From Spirochaetota bacterium (GTDB lineage Bacteria > Spirochaetota > UBA12135 > COTS27 > CBDBHE01), in contig CBDBHE010000004.1 in assembly GCA_965205605.1 (NCBI GenBank), positions 1 to 57,927 of the forward strand: DNA of 57,927 bases. The letters run 5' to 3'. This document shows, piece after piece, positions 41,302 to 50,772 of this stretch. The notes beneath the pieces are model-generated. The model was given only the letters and a program-made list of their open reading frames with translations, did no database searches and was not told where the DNA came from. The translations under genes were made by a program, and so were the position numbers. How positions within the stretch are numbered: position 1 is the first letter of the stretch; each line of letters starts with the position of its first letter.

Positions 41302-42534
41302 TTAGAAAACCCCTTTAATCGCTGAAAACAATTTCATATAAAAATTTTTATAAATGAAATGATTTTCTAGCTTTGATTTTTTCACGTCACTAAGTAAATT
41401 TAAAAAAATTCTTAATTGATTCTCTTGCTTCCATTGTAGACTAGAATTCATTTTTTTTTCAATAGAGAAAAGATATTTTAATAAAATAACCTCTATAGAA
41501 ACTTTTTTTTCAACTAAATAATCTTTAAATTCAATAATAGACACCTTTTTTTGATGCATCATGTTTTCTAATTGTATTTCAAGCTCTTTAGACAAACCTT
41601 CTTCAGTGCCTTTTTCAACAAAGGAAAATAAATCAAACAAATTATTTGTTAAAAATTTTGGAACTTTTTCATTATAAAGTCCAAATTTGTTTTTTAAAAT
41701 CTTTTGACAAACTCTTGCATTTAAATGATTAAAAGTTAATAAAGCACATCGACTTTTTAACGGCTTAATCACTTCTTTAGAAATATTTTTCAAATCATTA
41801 GCAATTAGAAATATTTGAGTATTAGGGGGAGGTTCTTCTAAGATTTTTAAAACACTAGGAATAATATCAAAGTGAAGCTTATGAATATTTTGTATAATTA
41901 AAATTTTTTTTTCTTTAGAAGCCATTTTTATTTGAGCAAAAATTTTAAGAAGACCTTCTTTTCTCATCACAGTACGATCGAGACAATTTTGAAGTTTAAT
42001 AAGGTCTAAAAACAAATTTTCTTCTAATAAAATTCCTACTTTAGCACTTTTATAAAAATTATTCAAAGCTTTATAAGTACTAATCGTAATCTTTTCTAGA
42101 TTTTGAGTACTAATCTTAATCCCTTCTACATAACTTTTTTTACTTTTAACTAATTTTTGTAAAAACCCAACTTGATGTCGATAAAGCAAATGTTTGATTT
42201 CATGAACAAGAAAAAAACATATTTTTTTGGGAATATTTGTTTTTTTATTTTTAAGTAAATACCTGAAAAATTGAATATTGGGTATTCTGTCATCATTTGA
42301 AAAAATAATAACATTTTTTTTTTGAAACAATTGTACTTTAATACAATCTTCACATTGATCACAAAAATGATTTTTTTTCTTTTTACAAAAAAAACTTTTA
42401 GTGATATTTAAACAACTTTCAAATTTCCCTACCCCTTGAGGACCACTTACTAAAATAGAATGATGAAATTTATTGAATTTAAGAGCATTATAAGCCATCT
42501 GAAGAGGAATCGTTTGGTTTAAAACAAGAGCCAT
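41302..42534 (-). CDS. holB: DNA polymerase III delta-prime-like protein
   Basis: HSILVSGPQGVGK, C..CDQCEDC zinc motif, LKILEEPP, LKSRC. Confidence 0.75.
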   Translation of the reverse strand: MALVLNQTIPLQMAYNALKFNKFHHSILVSGPQGVGKFESCLNITKSFFCKKKKNHFCDQCEDCIKVQLFQKKNVIIFSNDDRIPNIQFFRYLLKNKKTNIPKKICFFLVHEIKHLLYRHQVGFLQKLVKSKKSYVEGIKISTQNLEKITISTYKALNNFYKSAKVGILLEENLFLDLIKLQNCLDRTVMRKEGLLKIFAQIKMASKEKKILIIQNIHKLHFDIIPSVLKILEEPPPNTQIFLIANDLKNISKEVIKPLKSRCALLTFNHLNARVCQKILKNKFGLYNEKVPKFLTNNLFDLFSFVEKGTEEGLSKELEIQLENMMHQKKVSIIEFKDYLVEKKVSIEVILLKYLFSIEKKMNSSLQWKQENQLRIFLNLLSDVKKSKLENHFIYKNFYMKLFSAIKGVF

Positions 42535-42559
42535 TATAAAATTATTTCTTTATTTTCAA

Positions 42560-42784
42560 TCATCTTGTCTCTTCATCGTCTGAAAAGATATCAATTAAAG
42601 TGTAAATGCCTGATATAATAACACCAAAGAAAAAAAAGGCAATTAAGATTAAAATAAATAAAATATCTTTTATTTGAAAGAAAAAAATATTAATGGTGAT
42701 TGTTTTAGAATAATTTTGAATTGAGAAAATAAAAAATAAAAAAATTAAAATAAATAAAATAATTTTTTTAAAAAACACAATCAC
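42560..42784 (-). CDS. LapA/DUF1049-like small membrane protein
   Basis: Two TM helices with FSIQN between them. Confidence 0.6.
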   Translation of the reverse strand: MIVFFKKIILFILIFLFFIFSIQNYSKTITINIFFFQIKDILFILILIAFFFFGVIISGIYTLIDIFSDDEETR

Positions 42785-42815
42785 TATTAACTAAAGTATC
42801 AAAAATAAAAAATCA

Positions 42816-43760
42816 ATGAAAAAAGATTGCACATACGCTGCTTGCGACATTGGAAGTAACACTATATTACTAACGATTGTTAAAAAAGTCAAAGCAAGCT
42901 TTAAAGTTATTTTAGATGATTGTAAAGTAGTTCGTTTGGCTGAAAAGACTTATGATTCAAAAGTTATCACTGAAAAAGCACTTGATAGAACGATCCTTCT
43001 TTTAAAGAAATACAAAAAAATTATTCATAAAAAAAAAATTTGTTTTGTCCAAGCTGTTGCTACTAGTGCAATAAGAGAAAGTAAAAACCAAATGTTTGTT
43101 TTAAAAAAATTGTCCCAATACTTCACTTATCCAATTAAAGTAATCTCTGGAAAAGAAGAAGCTACTTTAATTTATCAAGGAGCTTGTTTAAAGCAAAATA
43201 AACAAGCTATTATTGATATTGGAGGGGGAAGTACTGAAATTATTTTAGGGAATAAAAATAAAATAATTCAAAAAAAAAGTCTAAAACTGGGTGTTGTAAC
43301 TTTAACTGAAAAATACTTTTCAAATAATCTCTTGGCCCTAAAAGATTTTACTAAAGTCACTAAAGTTAAAGAAATAATCCAAAAATCTCTAAAAAGCTTT
43401 TCTCCAAATAAAAATTTATTATTCATCGGTGTTGCATCTACCCCTACAGTCTTAGCTTGCCTTCATCACAAGTTAAAAAAGGTCCAAGTAAAAAAAATAC
43501 ATCACACAACACTCTCAATTGATTTTATCGAATTGTGTTTAAATAAAATGTTATCTCAAGATAAAAAAATGATCAAATTTCTATTAAAACTTGATCGTAA
43601 AAAAGCTGATTTAATCCCTATGGGGACTCTAATTTTATTAACAATAATGAAATACTTTAAAGTGCCCTCTCTTTTAGTTTCTACTCATGGCCTTCGTTAC
43701 GGGATAATAAAAAAAATGATTAATGAACAAACAAAAAATGGAAACAATTTTTTCAATTGA
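42816..43760 (+). CDS. ppx: Ppx/GppA exopolyphosphatase
   Basis: DIGSNT, ATSAIRE, ISGKEEA, DIGGGSTE, GLRYG. Confidence 0.93.
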   Translation: MKKDCTYAACDIGSNTILLTIVKKVKASFKVILDDCKVVRLAEKTYDSKVITEKALDRTILLLKKYKKIIHKKKICFVQAVATSAIRESKNQMFVLKKLSQYFTYPIKVISGKEEATLIYQGACLKQNKQAIIDIGGGSTEIILGNKNKIIQKKSLKLGVVTLTEKYFSNNLLALKDFTKVTKVKEIIQKSLKSFSPNKNLLFIGVASTPTVLACLHHKLKKVQVKKIHHTTLSIDFIELCLNKMLSQDKKMIKFLLKLDRKKADLIPMGTLILLTIMKYFKVPSLLVSTHGLRYGIIKKMINEQTKNGNNFFN

Positions 43761-44670
43761 CCAAATCCCAAAGAAGGTCCCTCTTTTTATCACTATCGGT
43801 AATTTTGATGGAATTCACATAGGGCACCGACATCTTTTATCTTTCTTTAAAAAACAAGCTAAAAAACATCAAGCAAAAACTTTACTAATTACTTTTGATC
43901 AACATACAAAATTAGCCAAAAATAAAAATGCTTATTTAACAACCAAAGCAGAAAAAGAAGCTATTTTAAACGATTTGGGAGTTGACATTATTTTAAATCT
44001 AAAATTTGATATCTTTAAACAAAAGCCTTACCAAGGTTTTTTAGATTTACTAATTAAAACTCTTGAAAAAGACTTTAAAGGATTTATTTCAAGTAAAAAA
44101 CTTTGTATTGGGTATCAAAGAAAAGGTAATACTAAAAAAATAAAATCTTATTTAAAAGAAAATGTTAATAACATCATGATTCATTTTCTTTCTTCTATTC
44201 GAAAAAGAGGAAAAAGAATTTCTTCTAGCCATCTTCGTTTGCTTTTAGAAAAAGGAAAAATTAAAAAGGCTAACACACTCTTAGCCAATCCTTTTTCAAT
44301 TAAAGAAAAGGTCATTAAAGGGAAACAATTAGGGCGTCATATAGGCTTTCCTACAATGAACCTTCCCTACCCTAAAGATAAAGTAAAACTTAAAGAAGGT
44401 GTTTATTTAACAAAAATTTTTTTAGAAGGCAAACATTATCCTTCTATGACATTTATAGGGCGTCCTTTTAATACAAAAGAAAATCAAGTGATTATTGAAA
44501 ACCACCTATTAAATTTTAATAAGGTAAAGTATAATATCTTTATTAAAGTCGAATTTATTTCATTTTTAAGAAAAAATAAAAAAATTAAAGATGAAAAAAA
44601 ACTAAAAAACATATTAGAAAACGACAAAAAAAAATTAATAAGATTTTTAAAAAAGGAAAGTAAAAAATGA
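43723..44670 (+). CDS. ribF: Riboflavin kinase/FAD synthetase
   Basis: [28 protein letters not shown]. Confidence 0.95.
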   Translation: MNKQKMETIFSIDQIPKKVPLFITIGNFDGIHIGHRHLLSFFKKQAKKHQAKTLLITFDQHTKLAKNKNAYLTTKAEKEAILNDLGVDIILNLKFDIFKQKPYQGFLDLLIKTLEKDFKGFISSKKLCIGYQRKGNTKKIKSYLKENVNNIMIHFLSSIRKRGKRISSSHLRLLLEKGKIKKANTLLANPFSIKEKVIKGKQLGRHIGFPTMNLPYPKDKVKLKEGVYLTKIFLEGKHYPSMTFIGRPFNTKENQVIIENHLLNFNKVKYNIFIKVEFISFLRKNKKIKDEKKLKNILENDKKKLIRFLKKESKK

Positions 44671-44930
44671 AATCTAAGTCTAATTTGGAAATGATTAAAG
44701 AATTTGGAAACAATGAAAAAGATAGTGGCTCTTCAAGTGTTCAAGTTGCTATTCTAACTCAAAGAATCAATCATTTAACAGAGCACCTAAAAGAAAACAA
44801 AAAAGACAAGCATTCTCGTTTTGGACTTATTAAAATGGTAAGCAAAAGAAGAAAATTACTTAAATACATAAGCAAAAAAAAAAACGATCTTTATAAAAAA
44901 ATCATAAAACAGCTGAATCTTAGAAAATAA
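44667..44930 (+). CDS. rpsO: 30S ribosomal protein S15
   Basis: [29 protein letters not shown]. Confidence 0.97.
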   Translation: MKSKSNLEMIKEFGNNEKDSGSSSVQVAILTQRINHLTEHLKENKKDKHSRFGLIKMVSKRRKLLKYISKKKNDLYKKIIKQLNLRK

Positions 44931-44953
44931 TTTTATCTTTGATAAAATTATTT
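44925..44953 (+). terminator. Hairpin between rpsO and pnp (terminator or processing site)
   Basis: AAATAATTTTATC-TTT-GATAAAATTATTT, 13-bp perfect stem. Confidence 0.55.
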
Positions 44954-45013
44954 ACTTTAGAAACTTATCTTTAAGGATTATCAGTTAATTTTAAATTAAA
45001 AGGAATAAAAATT

Positions 45014-47089
45014 ATGAAAACTATAAGTGTAAAAAAAGAAATTAATGGAAAAACTCTTCAATTAGAATCAGGTTATTTAGCAAAACAAGCAAATGGAGCT
45101 GCTTTAGTTTACTTAGAAGAAACTTCTGTTTTATCAACAGCAGTGATGAGTAAGGAATCAAAAGAAGGAGATTTCTTTCCTTTATCAGTTCATTATACTG
45201 AAAAAAACTATGCCGCTGGAAAAATTCCCGGCAGTTTTCACAAACGAGAAGGAAAACCTAGTGATCAAGAAATTCTCACTTGTCGTCTAATTGATCGCCC
45301 TATTCGTCCTCTTTTTGAAAAAGGATTTAGAAATGAAGTTCAAATTGTTCCAACGGTTTTAAATTTTGATGGGATCAATTATCCAGATATTATTGGTATT
45401 ATTGCAGCATCTACTTCTTTACTCATATCAGATATTCCTTTTACACACCCCGTTGGAGCTGTTAGAATCGGCTTTATTAATAATGAATTTATTGTCAATC
45501 CAACTATTGAAGAAATGGAATCTTCAAAATTAGAACTCCTTATTGCAGGGACTCAAAAAGCCATTACAATGATTGAAGGCGACGCTCATGAACTTACAGA
45601 AGAGCAAATTCTTAAAGCCGTTGAAATCGCTCACAAACCTATTATTGAAATTGCAAAATTACAATTAGAGCTTCAAAAGAAAATTAACAAGAAAAAAGTC
45701 GAAATCAAGCTTTTTAAACCCACTGATGATTTAGTTAAAAAAGTAACTCAAAGTTATAAAGCTTCTTTAGAAAACGCTTTAGATGAAAAAGACAAATTTA
45801 AAAGGGAAGAATCTGTTAAAGCTATTTACGACCAAACTAAAGAAGCCTTTACTAAAACAGAAGAAACAAAAATAATCCCTATGGTTTTTTCAATTCTCCA
45901 TGATTTAGAAAAAGAAATTGTAAGAAAATGGATTTTAGAAGATGACAGACGAATCGACAGCAGAAAGCTTGACGAAATTAGAGATTTGGATTGTAAAATT
46001 AATGTCTTAAAAAATGTTCATGGCTCAGCTGTTTTTACACGTGGGCAAACTCAAGCCTTAGTAGCTGTTACTTTAGGGTCTTCAAAAGATCAATTAAAGC
46101 TTGATACGCTTGAAGGCATTAAAATGAAAAATTTTTACCTTCATTATAATTTTCCTCCTTTTTCAGTAGGAGAGGTAGGTCGTGTAGGAGCTCCTGGAAG
46201 AAGAGAAATCGGGCATGGATTTTTAGCAGAAAAATCAATTGCAAACCTTGTTGAAAAAGGGGATGATTTTCCTTATACGATTAGAATTGTCTCAGAGATT
46301 TTAGAATCTAATGGTAGTTCTTCGATGGCTTCTGTATGTGGGACGAGTTTAGCTTTAATGGCAGCAGGAATTCCTATTAAAAAAACAGTTGCTGGGATTG
46401 CCCTTGGTTTAGTGGTGAAAGATAAAAAATATAAAATTTTAACTGATATTCAAGGTATCGAAGATGGTTTAGGTGATATGGATTTTAAAGTAGCTGGAAC
46501 AAAAGATGGAATTACAGGGTTTCAACTCGATACTAAAATAGAAGGTATTACCATAGAAATCATGAAAAAAGCTTTTGAACAAGCTAAAAAAGCTCGACTT
46601 GAAGTCATAAAAACAATGGAAGCGACTATTTCAAAACCAGCAAATAATTTGAGTTATTTAGCTCCTCAATATAAAAGAATTAATATTCCAAGTGATCGAG
46701 TGAAAAATCTTATTGGTCCTGGTGGAAAAAACATTAAATCTATTATTGAAGAAACAGGTAGTGATATTGAAGTTAATGACGATGCTAGTGTTAATATTTT
46801 TTCTTCTAGTCAAGAAATCATGGAACAGACCATTCAACTTATAGAAAGTCAAACAGGATCTCCACAAATAGGGACCACTTATAATGGAACGGTTAAAAAA
46901 ATCACTAACTATGGAGCTTTTATTGAAGTTATCCCTGGTACAGATGGTCTTTGTCATATTTCAGAAATCGCTCAAGAACGTATTGATAATGTGGAAAGCT
47001 ATCTTAGTGAAGGTGAGAGAGTCAAGGTCAAAGTTATCGGTATTGATGAAAAAGGACGCATTAGTCTTAGTAAAAAAGATGCTGAATAA
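45014..47089 (+). CDS. pnp: Polyribonucleotide nucleotidyltransferase
   Basis: RLIDRPIRPLF, FTRGQTQ, RREIGHG, SNGSSSMAS, GDMDFKVAGT; KH and S1 domains. Confidence 0.98.
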   Translation: MKTISVKKEINGKTLQLESGYLAKQANGAALVYLEETSVLSTAVMSKESKEGDFFPLSVHYTEKNYAAGKIPGSFHKREGKPSDQEILTCRLIDRPIRPLFEKGFRNEVQIVPTVLNFDGINYPDIIGIIAASTSLLISDIPFTHPVGAVRIGFINNEFIVNPTIEEMESSKLELLIAGTQKAITMIEGDAHELTEEQILKAVEIAHKPIIEIAKLQLELQKKINKKKVEIKLFKPTDDLVKKVTQSYKASLENALDEKDKFKREESVKAIYDQTKEAFTKTEETKIIPMVFSILHDLEKEIVRKWILEDDRRIDSRKLDEIRDLDCKINVLKNVHGSAVFTRGQTQALVAVTLGSSKDQLKLDTLEGIKMKNFYLHYNFPPFSVGEVGRVGAPGRREIGHGFLAEKSIANLVEKGDDFPYTIRIVSEILESNGSSSMASVCGTSLALMAAGIPIKKTVAGIALGLVVKDKKYKILTDIQGIEDGLGDMDFKVAGTKDGITGFQLDTKIEGITIEIMKKAFEQAKKARLEVIKTMEATISKPANNLSYLAPQYKRINIPSDRVKNLIGPGGKNIKSIIEETGSDIEVNDDASVNIFSSSQEIMEQTIQLIESQTGSPQIGTTYNGTVKKITNYGAFIEVIPGTDGLCHISEIAQERIDNVESYLSEGERVKVKVIGIDEKGRISLSKKDAE

Positions 47090-47111
47090 TTATTAAATTG
47101 ATTTTTTAAAA

Positions 47112-48548
47112 ATGAATCAAAAAGTACGCTTACGGTTTGCTCCTTCTCCTACCGGCGTACTTCATGTGGGTGGGGCACGCACTGCTTTATTTAATTATTT
47201 GTTTGCTAAATCAAATCAAGGTGATTTCATTCTTAGAGTTGAAGACACCGATCAAAAACGTTCTTCTTTAGAGTCTACTACAAAAGTAATTCAAGCTTTA
47301 AAATGGCTAGGAATTAACTGGGAAGAAGGCCCTGAAGTAGGGGGAAATTATGGGCCTTACTCTCAAGGAGAACGTCTTGATATTTATGAAAAATACTATA
47401 ATTTTCTTTTAAAAAAAAAGAAAATATATCATTGTTTTTGCACAAATGAACAACTTGAAATTAAAAAAAAAAGAATGAAAACAATGGGATACGCCCCTAT
47501 TTATGATAAGACTTGTCGGCATCTCTCGGAAAAAGAAGTTGATGAAAAATTAAGCCAAAAAATTATTTTTTCCTATCGATTTAAAGTAGAAAATCAAAAA
47601 ATTACTTTTAATGACTTAGTTAAAAATACGATCACTTTTGATTCAAAGCTAATTGGAGACTTTATTATTAAAAAAACAGACGGGTTTCCAACTTATAACT
47701 TTGCTGTAGTCATCGATGATGCTCTTATGAAAATCTCTCACGTGCTAAGAGGCGATGACCATATCTCTAATACACCAAGACAAATCTTACTTTATGAAGC
47801 TTTAAACTTCCCTACTCCTATTTTTGGGCACCTTTCTACAATTCTTGGAAGTAATAGAGAAAAACTTTCTAAAAGACATGGGGCAACTGATATTTTAGAA
47901 TTCAAAAATATTGGCTATTACCCTGAGCCAATGATTAACCATTTAGCTCTTTTGGGTTGGTCTCCTAAAGATGGCATTGAAATTATCTCTAGAAAAAAAT
48001 TAAAAAAATCTTTTACAAAAACAAAATTTACTTCTTCTGCAGCTACTTTTGATTACCAAAAATTAGATTTTTTAAATGCTCATTACATTCGAAATATCGA
48101 GTTTAAAACTCTTTATGAAAACTGTAAACCGTACTTATTAAAACAAAACTATGATCCCAATGATCCACAAGTTGAAAAAGCAGTGTTTTTTATTAAAAAT
48201 TATTTAAAAAAACTTTCTGACGTCACAAAAGAAATTAAAAACTTTTTTGAAGAAACAATTTCTCTTAGTGAATCTTTAAAAAAATCAATTTCAAACGAAA
48301 AATCTATTTTACTTTTTAAACTAGCAATCAGTTTCTTCTCAAAATTAAAAAATGAAGAATATATTTCTATGAACGAATTCAAATCCTTTTCTAAGGAAGC
48401 CAATAATAAGTTAAAAATCAAAGGTAAGGATTTTTTTATCCCTATAAGAATTAAATTAACTGGTAAAAAAAGTGGTATTGAAATGGGAAATTTGTTTCAA
48501 ATATTTAATAGAAACAAAATCATAAAACATCTTTCATCAGCAATTTAA
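47112..48548 (+). CDS. gltX: Glutamate-tRNA ligase
   Basis: RFAPSPTG.LHVGG, RVEDTD, RGDDH, KLSKR. Confidence 0.97.
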   Translation: MNQKVRLRFAPSPTGVLHVGGARTALFNYLFAKSNQGDFILRVEDTDQKRSSLESTTKVIQALKWLGINWEEGPEVGGNYGPYSQGERLDIYEKYYNFLLKKKKIYHCFCTNEQLEIKKKRMKTMGYAPIYDKTCRHLSEKEVDEKLSQKIIFSYRFKVENQKITFNDLVKNTITFDSKLIGDFIIKKTDGFPTYNFAVVIDDALMKISHVLRGDDHISNTPRQILLYEALNFPTPIFGHLSTILGSNREKLSKRHGATDILEFKNIGYYPEPMINHLALLGWSPKDGIEIISRKKLKKSFTKTKFTSSAATFDYQKLDFLNAHYIRNIEFKTLYENCKPYLLKQNYDPNDPQVEKAVFFIKNYLKKLSDVTKEIKNFFEETISLSESLKKSISNEKSILLFKLAISFFSKLKNEEYISMNEFKSFSKEANNKLKIKGKDFFIPIRIKLTGKKSGIEMGNLFQIFNRNKIIKHLSSAI

Positions 48549-48559
48549 TAAATAGGGTG

Positions 48560-49117
48560 TCTATCCATGAGTTTATACCAAATTATTAAATTTTTTGGAT
48601 CGTATCAATACACGATCCACGATACTCACCATTTCCCTTTCCTTTACTTGCCCTACTTTATATCCTTAATACACCTTTTTCTCCATCAAATCTTCTTTTT
48701 TTTTGCCCCTACAAACCTTACAATATTGCCTCTTTATATTATTGAACAGCTTTTGATAACGACTGAAAATCACTTTCTTTGGGTTTTGATATTCACTAAA
48801 TTACCCCTATGCCCGTCCTTATGCTCTATCTCCACTTTGCTCACAACTAAAATAACACCCCTCTTTTTTTGAATAGCTTTTTTAATGTTAGCAGGGATCG
48901 TTTTGTTTATCATTTGCTTTTTGAATCCGTGTAACTGTGCACCAATAATTTTATTCCCTTGTTTTCTCTTTTCTATGTTATAAAGCTCTCCAAAAGCCGA
49001 GTCATCTCTACACGAAGATCTGCCATTCCCAAAGCTTAATCCATTTTTCTCTAACATTGCAATAAAAATAAGCCTAGAAAATCTATCTTCATCGGGCTTC
49101 GCTAATTTTAGAAACAT
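48560..49117 (-). pseudogene. IceA1/NlaIII-like HNH restriction endonuclease, degraded (3' end approximate)
   Basis: FLKLAKPD..SR, GNG.S.CR, EIEHKDG, then in shifted frames DFQSLSKA, NNIKRQYCKVC, YDPK, like Helicobacter IceA1. Confidence 0.75.
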
Positions 49118-49735
49118 GTCCTCTCAAGCAAGCTATCGCAATTGTACCCGATCCCGAAAAAGTGCCTAGGACACAATATCATTTTCTTTTGAATGCTTTT
49201 TAACAAGCTCCTTAAAGAGCTTCAGAGGTTTCTGTGTTGGGTGACACCTATCGCCATCATTCTCAATAGAATGTTCATAATTGCCATTATTGTATTTTGA
49301 ATCAAAATAACTATCCCCTTTTTTCACGCCACAAATAGCAATTTCTTTCGCATTCGAAAGGTAGTTTGCCTTGCTATTGATTGGAACAGGATTTTTCTTA
49401 ATTCATTCTATAAATCTTAATTGTTTAAAATCACTTTCTAAAAGAGTTTGTGTCAAAATCGTTGTCTTCCAAAGATCATACCAAATAATACAAGTTTCCC
49501 CGTTCTTGCAAACCCGATAATACTCTTTGCAAAGAGGAAATAAATCAATTTGTTTTTTATCCCACTCCCCAAAGTCCATTGACACTGCAAATCTTTTTAC
49601 GCCATTGATTACATTTTTAAAAACCGTCGGTTTACTAATCGTATAAGGTGAATCGGTTAAAATTAAGTCTATCGAATCAGACTCAATACGCTTTAAAAAA
49701 ATTCTTACAGTTATCTTTAATAAGTTTATAAGAAG
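49118..49735 (-). pseudogene. N6/N4 DNA methyltransferase (beta class), degraded
   Basis: SIDLILTDSPY (DPPY motif), DFGEWD, HPTQKPLKL, FSGSGT; internal stops, frameshifts and truncated C-terminus. Confidence 0.88.
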
Positions 49736-50599
49736 GTGCAGAGAGTTTATTTAAATTGAGCCTAAAAACATATTCATTGATGTACTTTTGTAAATGCTTT
49801 TTACTCCAATAATGATATACGCCTATATATTCACGCTTTAATATCGACCAAAAATTCTCTATGTTGTTTATATAAAAAAAACCCCCACTAACGTATTGCT
49901 TTTCTGAGTGATTGACTTTCTAATAGGATAGCGAATTATAAGCTTTTAAAATCAATCACTGATAATGTCGGATTTACTATTTATAGTTTTATTGATATAT
50001 ATCGCTTCAAAGTGTTTGCCCTGATGTTTTTTGAATATGTTTTGCTGCATTGACTAGCTTATCATTGCCATAAGCCGCTTCTTTGTACACTACCAACAAA
50101 CCTACCTCTTAATACTGCTCCACCCTCCCTTGTGCCTTCTATTTTTTTTTGAGCGTGCTTATTGCTTTCTTTACCCATCGATTATAGGCCTCATCGATTT
50201 CGATGTCCCCTTTTAAAGTAATAAAATTACCTTTTGTCAATTCCCTAAGCCTGTGTAAAATAAACCACAAAGCTTTTTGAGATTTGTTAATCAATTTTAG
50301 ATAACTCGACACTTGAAATACCCTTGCTTGAATTGATTAACAAATAATAAGATAAAAACCATTTTCGTAATCCCACATGGGAAGCTTCAAAAATAGCATT
50401 AGTGATAACATTAAATTTTTTTTTACACTTCGAGCATTTATATAATTGACATTTCGCTTGAGTATTAAGAATATACATCTTTTCTTTGTTTTTACATCTT
50501 ACACAATAAATGAAGCCCGTTTTTAAATCTCATATGAAATAAATATTACTCGTATTTTTTATCACTTGAAAATTGATTTAAAAAATTTATTATATCCAC
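49736..50599 (-). mobile_element. IS1595-family transposase pseudogene
   Basis: Zn ribbon CVRC...YKCSKCKKKF, KWF, KGISSVELS, IEIDEAY, VNHSE, NNIENFWSILKR...GVYH..SKKHLQKYINEYVFR; multiple frameshifts; ends not identified. Confidence 0.88.
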
Positions 50600-50772
50600 T
50601 TTACATTCCTTATTTATAAAAATATTTTATTCTACTAATAAAAATAGAGCTTTTCAATAGAAAAAAAATTAGCCATTTAGTACAATAAGGTATATTTTTA
50701 CCAAAAATCCTTTTACTAAAAGGCAAAAGGACTAAGGACTAAAGATGAAAAAAATAAAAAAGATAAAATTTT

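Noticed and set aside
48567-48872. 101-aa plus-strand ORF
   Set aside because: Antisense to the endonuclease pseudogene
49403-49405. TGA at an expected Trp in the MTase as a sign of genetic-code reassignment
   Set aside because: The gene has other stops and frameshifts, and intact genes in the window use TGA as a stop and TGG for Trp
50719-50745. Short tandem AAGGACT repeat and CCTTTT/AAAAGG hairpin
   Set aside because: Only two units; at most part of a terminator for the GH95 gene, not a CRISPR or iteron array
48549-50770. Terminal inverted repeats of the IS1595 element
   Set aside because: No convincing matching pair found by eye
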